DNA of 64,000 bases from contig JAEHCQ010000006.1 in the NCBI GenBank assembly GCA_020696385.1, positions 1 to 64,000 of the forward strand, read 5' to 3'. Each line of letters opens with the position of its first letter. Within the stretch, counting starts at the first letter, position 1. Made by a program: the position numbers and the translations under genes. This stretch comes from Methanobacteriota archaeon (lineage in GTDB: Archaea > Thermoplasmatota > Thermoplasmata > SG8-5 > JAGLSY01). Below the pieces are notes generated by a model, which was not told the origin of the DNA, ran no database searches, and saw only the letters and a list, made by a program, of their open reading frames with translations. Below are positions 1 to 7,655 of this stretch, in pieces.

Positions 1-244
1 GTATGATTCAGATACAGTCTGCAGGGAATGCAAAGAGCCAATAGAGGGCGAGGATAAAGCTGATTTCACCTGTACCAGCTGTGGGGCCGATGCCTATGAT
101 GATGATATTAAATGTGGCAAGTGTGGCGAGTCCTTTGAGGATGAAATTGAGGATGTAAATGAGAAGCACGCATGTCCTCATTGTGAAAAGGAAATATCTG
201 AGAAATTGAACTTCTGTCCTCACTGTGGCCAAAAAATATCCTAG
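1..244 (+). CDS. 3' end of a multi-zinc-ribbon (double zinc ribbon-type) protein, truncated by the window edge
   Basis: Frame 2 reads YDSDTVCRECKEPIEG...CTSC...CGKC...CPHC...CPHCGQKIS* (TAG 242-244), five CxxC pairs. Not in the ORF track because the start lies outside the window. Confidence 0.85.
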   Translation, partial: YDSDTVCRECKEPIEGEDKADFTCTSCGADAYDDDIKCGKCGESFEDEIEDVNEKHACPHCEKEISEKLNFCPHCGQKIS

Positions 245-317
245 AATAATATATTTGATCAAGCCATTGGATCATAATTCTTAGTCTTGATTATATCAGT
301 ATAATAACAAATGGGAG

Positions 318-337
318 TGAGGGGCATCTCTGCCCCT
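318..337. terminator. Hairpin between convergent genes, probable terminator
   Basis: GAGGGGCA-TCTC-TGCCCCTC perfect 8-bp stem between stops at 244 (+) and 356 (-). Confidence 0.5.
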
Positions 338-355
338 CCAGTAATTGAAAACAGA

Positions 356-589
356 TCATATCTCGAAGCCGTTGCAGTTCTTTTCCCCAATACAGGAAAG
401 CTTGCCAAGCTTGAGGCAGAATCCATCATGCCTCATGTGTGCGCATGCATTTGGTTTAACTTTTGAAGGCTGCTGGCACTTGTCCTTGATGCACCCGAAG
501 CCTTTGTAAAGACCCTCGCATCTTCCATCATTATCGATATAATCACATTCGATGGTCATCTGTTGGTGGTGATGCTGTGTCTCGGTCAT
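356..589 (-). CDS. Small Cys-rich hypothetical protein (77 aa)
   Basis: MTETQHHHQQMTIECDYIDNDGRC...; ATG at 589 overlaps the upstream stop (ATGA) and is preceded by GGGCGGT; 8 Cys in two similar motifs. Confidence 0.7.
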   Translation of the reverse strand: MTETQHHHQQMTIECDYIDNDGRCEGLYKGFGCIKDKCQQPSKVKPNACAHMRHDGFCLKLGKLSCIGEKNCNGFEI

Positions 590-897
590 GCCATACCGCC
601 CTTGCGTACTGCCAGGTGCTTCATGTATTCGTCTGCATCGGCGCAATTGCCCGTGAGGCATTCGCCTTCACCCGTGCAGTGGAATCTCTTGTAGGTGCTG
701 CAATAGAGGCCGAGCCATTTCTCAGTATCACTCTTGGCTCCCTCATCCAAAACCATTGTATTCGGTAGTTCAAACTCTTTCATCTTTGTCCTGCTATTTG
801 TAGGACAAGAACCCTCACCCATGCAAAGTGGGCTCTGGATCGAGCTGTTGGCACACAGTCCTCCGCGATAATAATATTTACACATATGGCATCCCAT
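586..897 (-). CDS. Small Cys-rich hypothetical protein (103 aa)
   Basis: MGCHMCKYYYRGGLC...CMGEGSC...YCSTYKRFHCTGEGECLTGNC; AT-rich TATA-like tract ~25 nt upstream; coupled to the next ORF. Confidence 0.75.
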   Translation of the reverse strand: MGCHMCKYYYRGGLCANSSIQSPLCMGEGSCPTNSRTKMKEFELPNTMVLDEGAKSDTEKWLGLYCSTYKRFHCTGEGECLTGNCADADEYMKHLAVRKGGMA

Positions 898-1178
898 TCC
901 ATACTCTTTCGAGCAACACCTATATATAAATCAGGGAATATAAATGTTTCTATTATTTCGACTATTTTATTAATTACGGTTATATTAAAATGAATTATAT
1001 ATATTTGATAGTATATATGTGGCATTTCAGCACCCCCGATGTATCGTTTGCGCCAAATATCTTGCTTATTGTTCGCATAAACATTATATATTTTCCAACT
1101 ATCTGTAATGACTATCCATAGAATTACCCCTGATCCAATATCTATGGTTCGGGCATGATTCGGTAAAGGAGGGAGTAC

Positions 1179-2357
1179 ATGACAGATATTGTTATAGCCA
1201 GTGCGGTCAGGACCGCCATAGGCAAATTTGGAGGATCGTTGAAGAACATTAGAGCACCAGAGCTTGGCGGGATCTGCATCGCAGATGCCGTGAAACGCTC
1301 GGGGCTTGAGAAGACCGATATTGACGAAGTGATAATGGGCAATGTGGTCGGTGCAGGTCTTGGTCAAAATCCGGCTAGACAGGCCATGATAGCCGCAGAT
1401 ATGCCCGTCGAGATCGGTGCATTCACCGTCAATAAGGTATGTGGATCTGGAATGAAAGCCGTTGTTCTGGCTGCTCAGGCCATCAAGGCAGGGGATGCCA
1501 AGGCCATAGTTGCAGGTGGTATGGAGAACATGGACATGGCTCCTTATCTGCTGTACAAGGCAAGGAATGGATATCGCCTGGGTGATGATAAGATAGTGGA
1601 TTCCATGGTCAATGATGGTCTGTGGGATATCTACAATAACTATCACATGGGAAATACTGGCGAGATCGTTGCCGAAAAATTCAATGTCACCCGTGAGGAT
1701 GCGGACGTTATGGCGATGGCCAGCAATCAAAAAGCCGCCGCCGCAATAGCAGGTGGTAAGTTCAAAGAAGAGATCATACCTGTTGAGATCCCTCAGAGAA
1801 AGGGCGACCCCATCATCTTCGATACAGATGAAGGTGTGAGAGCCGAGACCACGATGGAATCTCTGGGACGGCTAAGGCCAGCTTTCAGAAAGGATGGACT
1901 CGTAACCGCTGGAAATGCATCACAGATAAGTGATGGCGGATCTGCCATGGTGATCATGAGCAAGGATTATGCTGATGAGAAGGGAATTAAGCCACTGGCA
2001 ACTATCAGGGACTATGGGACAAGGGGTCTCATACCCGAGCTTGTGATGGAAGCTCCAATACCAGCAACAAGATATGTTATGGAAAAGGCTGGCTTGGGAG
2101 TGAATGATATCGATATCTGGGAACATAATGAGGCCTTTGCATCCGCATCTTGCGCTGTTGTGAAGGAACTGGGCATACCTCTGGACAAGTTCAATGTTCA
2201 CGGAGGAGCGGTCGCACTGGGTCACCCGATCGGAGCCAGTGGTACACGTGTTCTGACGACCATGGTCTATGCCATGAAGGACAGGGGTGCTAAGCGTGGC
2301 TTAGCCACCATCTGTCTTGGCGGAGGAAATGCAGTCACTATGGTACTGGAGAGGTAA
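1179..2357 (+). CDS. atoB: Acetyl-CoA C-acetyltransferase (thiolase II)
   Basis: NKVCGSG catalytic Cys, [12 protein letters not shown] and CLGGG motifs; RBS GGAGGGAG. Confidence 0.97.
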   Translation: MTDIVIASAVRTAIGKFGGSLKNIRAPELGGICIADAVKRSGLEKTDIDEVIMGNVVGAGLGQNPARQAMIAADMPVEIGAFTVNKVCGSGMKAVVLAAQAIKAGDAKAIVAGGMENMDMAPYLLYKARNGYRLGDDKIVDSMVNDGLWDIYNNYHMGNTGEIVAEKFNVTREDADVMAMASNQKAAAAIAGGKFKEEIIPVEIPQRKGDPIIFDTDEGVRAETTMESLGRLRPAFRKDGLVTAGNASQISDGGSAMVIMSKDYADEKGIKPLATIRDYGTRGLIPELVMEAPIPATRYVMEKAGLGVNDIDIWEHNEAFASASCAVVKELGIPLDKFNVHGGAVALGHPIGASGTRVLTTMVYAMKDRGAKRGLATICLGGGNAVTMVLER

Positions 2358-2377
2358 TGAATATATCAAATTTATTA

Positions 2378-2449
2378 AGGAGGGATTTGAATGTTTGAAC
2401 TCGATTCGAACATTCAAAATTCCGAAATGTAATGGAGGAATTAGAAATG
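2378..2449 (+). repeat. Intercistronic double-hairpin element copy A, with mini-[16 protein letters not shown] (2391-2432)
   Basis: TTTGAATGTT...AACATTCAAA hairpin followed by AATTCC-GAAA...GGA-GGAATT hairpin over the RBS; similar to copies at 3295, 35788, 38996, 39733 and 49896. Confidence 0.8.
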
Positions 2450-3301
2450 GAAATAAAGAAAATAGGAGTCATCGGAGCTGGCCAGATGGGTGCGGGTATA
2501 GCCCAGGTCGCTGCGATCGCAGGATATGAAGTTGTATTGAATGATATCAAACAGGAATTTGTGGATCGCGGAATGGCGACCATAAACAAGTCCATGGCAA
2601 AGGGTGTGGAGAAGGGCAAGATGGAGCAGTCTGTGATGGACGGCGCACTAACCCGAATAAAGACCACCCTGGATCTGAAGGATATGTCGGATGTCGACCT
2701 GGTCGTCGAGGCCATCATAGAGGATTTCGGACTGAAGAGTCAGATATTCAAAACATTGGATGATATCTGTCCACCACATGCCATACTCGCCAGCAATACA
2801 TCATCGATATCCATTACAAAGCTGGCAGCTTGTACAAGCCGCCCGGAGAAGTTCATCGGAATGCATTTCATGAATCCAGTTCCATTAATGAAGCTGGTCG
2901 AGGTCATTCGTGGTATCCTCACAGATGATGAGACTGCACAGGCAATTACCCAGGCAAGCGAGAAGATGGGCAAGATACCTGTGGAGTGCAATGATTACCC
3001 TGGCTTTGTGGCCAACCGTCTGCTTCTGCCAATGCTGAACGAGGCAATGTACTGTGTGATGGAAGGAGTTGGAGAGCCAGAGAACATAGACCAGATAATG
3101 AAGCTGGGAATGAACCACCCGATGGGACCACTGGCATTGGCCGATCTGATCGGTCTGGATACCTGCCTGCACATCATGGAAGTTCTGCATGAAGGTCTTG
3201 GCGATTCCAAATACAGACCATGCCCATTGCTCGTGAAGATGGTGGATGCTGGACTCATGGGAAGGAAATCCGGTCGCGGATTCTACGATTATTCGAGGTG
3301 A
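2447..3301 (+). CDS. hbd: 3-hydroxybutyryl-CoA dehydrogenase
   Basis: GAGQMG Rossmann motif, EAIIE, SNTSS, GMHFMNP, PMGP; GGAGG RBS before ATG 2447 (in-frame ATG also at 2432). Confidence 0.96.
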   Translation: MEIKKIGVIGAGQMGAGIAQVAAIAGYEVVLNDIKQEFVDRGMATINKSMAKGVEKGKMEQSVMDGALTRIKTTLDLKDMSDVDLVVEAIIEDFGLKSQIFKTLDDICPPHAILASNTSSISITKLAACTSRPEKFIGMHFMNPVPLMKLVEVIRGILTDDETAQAITQASEKMGKIPVECNDYPGFVANRLLLPMLNEAMYCVMEGVGEPENIDQIMKLGMNHPMGPLALADLIGLDTCLHIMEVLHEGLGDSKYRPCPLLVKMVDAGLMGRKSGRGFYDYSR

Positions 3302-3365
3302 TTTGAATGCGAGAACAAAGTTATTGCATTGAAAATTCCGAAATACAATGGAGGAATTAGATATG
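3295..3365 (+). repeat. Intercistronic double-hairpin element copy B, with mini-ORF MREQSYCIENSEIQWRN* (3307-3360)
   Basis: TTGAATGCGAGAACAAAGTTATTGCATTGAA is 28/31 identical to 39744-39774; second hairpin nearly identical to copy A. Confidence 0.8.
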
Positions 3366-4193
3366 GCTGTTGAATATACAAGAGATGGAAATGTCGGTAT
3401 GATCAAGATGAACAATCCGCCAATGAACGTTCTTAACACGCAGGTTTTGCATGAGCTTTACCAGGCCATTCAAAAAATAGAGGCAGAGGAAGGATTGGCT
3501 GCTGTCATAATCACTGGAGAAGGAAGGGCATTTGTCGCAGGGGCTGACATCAGCGAGATGATGGACATGGACCCTGCAGCTGCCGCGGAATTTGCAGAAG
3601 CTGGACAGGGTGCGTTTGATCGAATCCAGGCATTGAAAATGCCTGTAATCGCGGCTGTCAATGGTTTCGCTCTTGGAGGCGGAACCGAACTGGCTATATG
3701 CTGTGACATCAGGATCGCATCCGAAGCCGCCAAAATGGGTCTGCCAGAGGTAGGATTGGGTGTCATTCCAGGATTCGGAGGAACTCAGAGACTTGCCCGT
3801 CTTATTGGACCGGGCAAGGCCAAGGAGCTTGTCTTCACTGGTGACATGATAAACGCCAAGACCGCCTGTGATATCGGGCTGGTCCAGGCAGTTGTGCCAG
3901 GTTTCAAGGTTGACGAGAATGGTGACAAGGTGCTCAATGAGAAGGGCAAACCAATTCAGGACAATGAGCCAGTTATAGCCGCGGCCAAGGAAATGGCTGC
4001 CAAGATAGCGGCCAAAGGCCCACTCGCAGTACAGGTTGCCAAGACCTCTATCGATACAGGTCTTGATCTGAGCCTCGCGGCTGGATTGAAGGTCGAAGCC
4101 AGTACCTTTGCCAAGCTCTTCGAGACAGAGGATCAGAAAGAAGGTATGAAAGCCTTTGTCGAGAAGAGGCCAGCTGATTTCAAGGAAAAATAG
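3363..4193 (+). CDS. crt: Enoyl-CoA hydratase (crotonase)
   Basis: AFVAGADI, NGFALGGGTEL, PEVGLGVIPGFGGTQRL; both catalytic Glu present. Confidence 0.95.
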   Translation: MAVEYTRDGNVGMIKMNNPPMNVLNTQVLHELYQAIQKIEAEEGLAAVIITGEGRAFVAGADISEMMDMDPAAAAEFAEAGQGAFDRIQALKMPVIAAVNGFALGGGTELAICCDIRIASEAAKMGLPEVGLGVIPGFGGTQRLARLIGPGKAKELVFTGDMINAKTACDIGLVQAVVPGFKVDENGDKVLNEKGKPIQDNEPVIAAAKEMAAKIAAKGPLAVQVAKTSIDTGLDLSLAAGLKVEASTFAKLFETEDQKEGMKAFVEKRPADFKEK

Positions 4194-4222
4194 ATAAGTC
4201 GGATGGGCCATAGGAGTTAATA

Positions 4223-4780
4223 ATGAGGATCGAGCCATCCGAGGAATATGTTACCAGCGTACTGGAAAAGTACAAGAGAAGCACCAGTGTGGATTTTACC
4301 ACTGGTGATCTGAAGTACGATGACGTGCCGATAATCTGGGCACGTGCGGAGCTTCTCTATCACATATACTCGGAACTGGAAAGCCTCATGTCTGAATCCG
4401 CACTGGCAATTCTCAAGCGGATCGGAAAACCCTATGGCTCTAATTTTTATAAAATGATGAAGGAGCAGGGGCAGGTGGAGAGGCTCCAGAATCAGGAAAA
4501 TATCTACAAATATCTTGTATCCGAGACGATGGCCATCGGCTGGGGTGAGGTGGCGATAGACACTGTGGGCGATCTCTTGATATTCACCTGCGAGAAAGGT
4601 CTCACGGTTGGCAAGTACCACAAGAGCAAAGGCAAGACCAGCAACTGGGCGATCGATTCCTATTTCCTCGGATACCTGGAAGGTTTCCTCACCGAGATGC
4701 ATGGGCGACCATACAAGGGAGAGGAAACAGAGTGTGTTGGCAAGGGCGATGATAGATGCACGATAAGATTGACTCCATAG
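4223..4780 (+). CDS. V4R (4-vinyl reductase-like) domain protein
   Basis: GWG motif and C-terminal EETECVGKGDDRC typical of V4R; last gene of the thl-hbd-crt run. Confidence 0.8.
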   Translation: MRIEPSEEYVTSVLEKYKRSTSVDFTTGDLKYDDVPIIWARAELLYHIYSELESLMSESALAILKRIGKPYGSNFYKMMKEQGQVERLQNQENIYKYLVSETMAIGWGEVAIDTVGDLLIFTCEKGLTVGKYHKSKGKTSNWAIDSYFLGYLEGFLTEMHGRPYKGEETECVGKGDDRCTIRLTP

Positions 4781-4871
4781 ACTCAGTCACCCCCTCTCTA
4801 ATACAAACCCCCGTACCAATTCGTTTATATATTACACAAAAGTCCGTACCAATAACCCTTTATAAACTGGA

Positions 4872-7655
4872 ATGATTCTTGATGTTATGGGTAATAGTGG
4901 AAGAATCATATCGGTATTATTGTGTTTTATTATGGTATTGTCATCCCTGGGGATCGGGACTGGCCAGACATATAATGGTAGCGAAGATATCACATACATC
5001 CTGCGGGTGGCGATGCAGGATGATGTCAAGACCCTGAACCCACTGACCGCGGGGGATGTGTGGACGTGGAATTTATTGTCATATCTTTATGAGGGACCAC
5101 TCAATTCAAATCCAGATACCGACGAGTTAATTCCGTACATTGCGGTTGGCTCTGCCAATGAAACTGCCAGTAATTCATCCATGAGCTGGGGTGATTGCAA
5201 TATCGGTAGTTTTGATTATTCTCCTATGGATACGTGGAACAATTCAGAAAGACCTGAAGCCACTATCTTTTATGATTTCACTGGTGTCACTTGGCATGAT
5301 GGTGAACAAATGGATATCAGAGATATCATGTTCTCATATCATGCACAATCGCAGCTGCCCGACTGGGTATCTAGTGTTAAATGCCTGATGGACAGGGGCG
5401 GAGAAGCTGGCACGAATCATACAGACACTCACTATCTGCATATTCAGAAGGTGTATGAGAGTGATGATGGCTTGCAGGCCGCTCTCAGATTCGAGCTTCA
5501 AGAACCATATGGTGACTTTTTCAGAAACACGCTGTCCGCCTTCCTTCTCCCCTATCATATATGGGGAAGCACCGAGTCAGGACAGCCATCGGACAATATG
5601 CTGATATGGTCTGACTCGGGTTACACAAAGGACAATCCAATGTCATGGGACTCCACAGCAGCTTTGGATTGGAACAATCCTAACCCTGTTGGCAATGGTG
5701 TCTTCAAGTTCAACTCATGGCTTGTGGGCCAGATATCCAAAATAGATACATTCAGAGACCATTTCCACAAATACGGCTGGAACCCTGAATATGATCCCGA
5801 TGGAATTGCAAAACAACCTATCATCAATGGCATCCAGTTCAAGATATACAAGACCGCGGAGCAGGCGGTCCTGGCTCTGAAAAATAATGATGTGGATTAT
5901 ATCGCATGGTCGATCCCACCTACATTTGTTCAGGAGATCGCGATGGATCCTGATTTTGGTGTGAAACAATCTGCAGAGGCGGGTTTCTTCTACATGGGAT
6001 ATAATATGCGTCCAGAAAGGAGATCATTCGGATACGATGATAATGGAATTGATGTCGGCAAGCCGCTGAGGCGGGCGATATCTCATTGTATCGATAAATC
6101 TACAATTGTTCAGAGATTGCTTCAGAACTTCGGCATACCTGGAGATGGCCCAGTAAGCTCCATAAGTCCTTGGTATAATGATTCACTTCCACAATATCCC
6201 TTTGACCCCGAGCGTGCGAAAGAGATCCTTATAGATGCTGGTTATAAATTAACAGATCCGTCCAAACTACCAGGGAATGGAAACTGGTGGTTGAATCCTG
6301 ATGGCTCGTCAATTGGAAATAGCAATGATGGAATGATCGAGATACTGACACCACAAGCGGATTATGATCCCATAAGACATCGTAGTGGGCTGATGATCGC
6401 CCAGCAGATGCGGGATATCGGTCTGTATGCCGAGCATATCGCCATGGACTTTGGCTCAATTGTCAATCATCTGGATCAGCGGGATTTCGATATGTACATC
6501 CTCGGTTGGAGGATCGGTAGCGATCCGTATGATTTCATGCATTCTTTCTTCCATTCCAGCAATATCGATGTCGGCCAGAATTATCCAGGATATCGAAATA
6601 TCACCCTTGATGGTATCCTTGAGCAGGCCAGGGAGACATCTGATGATGCATACAGGTTGGAGCTCATGAGGGAAGCTCAAGCAGCAATTGCTTATGACCT
6701 CCCATATGATGTCCTGTATTTCAGGACCAATATCGAGGTCTACCGCGCCGACAGATTCACTGGCTGGGTGGTGGGTTCTTCCGGTTCAATATACAATCAT
6801 CAATCAATTCTCAATATCAGACCACCTGCGAATCAATTCATCAATGCCAGGTTTGTGGATACTGACATGTCCGTTTATTCCGAAGGCGAGGTGGCTGTTG
6901 ATGTTCTTCTCACTGGCATAAAGAAGAATGCTGACGGCACGCTCACTCGCGCCCCACTTGAAGGCGCGATGGTGGAATTCTCTGTATCCAATGGAACTCT
7001 GGACATGTACGAATGTGTTTCTGATTCCAATGGCAAAGTGAGGTTGAAATACACTGCACCTTACATCGATCCGAACAATCATCTGGCCGACGATGGGCTC
7101 TCTGCGATGATCGAAATAAGCACGGCCAGTAAGGATAACTATGATAATGCGAGATCCCGGGTTCACGTGGTTCAGATATTCAAGACGGAAACACCCTTCC
7201 TGAACCTGGAGCTGGAGCTGGATCCAGATGTTATAGAGGGTGTTGATACGCAGGGTCAGGAAGGATTCGCGTATATCACGATCACGGCCAGGGATAATAA
7301 GGCATATCCGGTCGAGGGGGTTGCAATATCCTTCGAGACCATTCCAGAAGGCCCCGTGATCACATCCGAGAGCAATGCGACCGACAGCCAGGGGAAGATG
7401 GTCGCTAAACTATCCGCGAACATGCCCTTGTCCGAGGATGAGACCTTGCCCGTTGTGGTGGTTGCCAAAGCGACAAGAGCTGGCTATCAAAATGGTACAC
7501 AATCAATTTGGCTGGAAGTTGTTCATTATAATGGGCCTCCGCCCCCGCCCCCACCCCCATCGGATTATGGTCTGCTGGAGATATTCTTAATAGCGGGAAT
7601 AATTTCTGTAATTGGCATAGTGGCCTTCATAGCCATATACTGGAGTCGGCCATGA
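4872..7655 (+). CDS. ABC transporter family-5 (peptide/nickel-type) solute-binding protein with C-terminal Ig-like domains and membrane anchor
   Basis: Signal peptide; TLNPL, WHDG, PVGNGVFKF, LRRAISHCIDK motifs; SDSNGK/TDSQGK Big_1-like repeats; poly-Pro linker and TM helix. Start may be ATG 4887. Confidence 0.9.
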   Translation: MILDVMGNSGRIISVLLCFIMVLSSLGIGTGQTYNGSEDITYILRVAMQDDVKTLNPLTAGDVWTWNLLSYLYEGPLNSNPDTDELIPYIAVGSANETASNSSMSWGDCNIGSFDYSPMDTWNNSERPEATIFYDFTGVTWHDGEQMDIRDIMFSYHAQSQLPDWVSSVKCLMDRGGEAGTNHTDTHYLHIQKVYESDDGLQAALRFELQEPYGDFFRNTLSAFLLPYHIWGSTESGQPSDNMLIWSDSGYTKDNPMSWDSTAALDWNNPNPVGNGVFKFNSWLVGQISKIDTFRDHFHKYGWNPEYDPDGIAKQPIINGIQFKIYKTAEQAVLALKNNDVDYIAWSIPPTFVQEIAMDPDFGVKQSAEAGFFYMGYNMRPERRSFGYDDNGIDVGKPLRRAISHCIDKSTIVQRLLQNFGIPGDGPVSSISPWYNDSLPQYPFDPERAKEILIDAGYKLTDPSKLPGNGNWWLNPDGSSIGNSNDGMIEILTPQADYDPIRHRSGLMIAQQMRDIGLYAEHIAMDFGSIVNHLDQRDFDMYILGWRIGSDPYDFMHSFFHSSNIDVGQNYPGYRNITLDGILEQARETSDDAYRLELMREAQAAIAYDLPYDVLYFRTNIEVYRADRFTGWVVGSSGSIYNHQSILNIRPPANQFINARFVDTDMSVYSEGEVAVDVLLTGIKKNADGTLTRAPLEGAMVEFSVSNGTLDMYECVSDSNGKVRLKYTAPYIDPNNHLADDGLSAMIEISTASKDNYDNARSRVHVVQIFKTETPFLNLELELDPDVIEGVDTQGQEGFAYITITARDNKAYPVEGVAISFETIPEGPVITSESNATDSQGKMVAKLSANMPLSEDETLPVVVVAKATRAGYQNGTQSIWLEVVHYNGPPPPPPPPSDYGLLEIFLIAGIISVIGIVAFIAIYWSRP

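Noticed and set aside
8-262. 84-aa minus-strand ORF in the track
   Set aside because: The plus strand encodes a clear multi-CxxC protein end; the minus ORF is its shadow.
2378-2449. Hairpin 2 of the junction element (CC-GAAA...A-GG) as an archaeal SECIS
   Set aside because: No in-frame TGA at a Cys position in neighbouring genes; both hydrogenase large subunits have DPCISC with Cys.
780-4702. Long antisense ORFs (780-1730, 2885-3439, 3357-4238, 4217-4702) and similar ones throughout the window
   Set aside because: They overlap well-supported genes on the opposite strand and carry no recognisable motifs.
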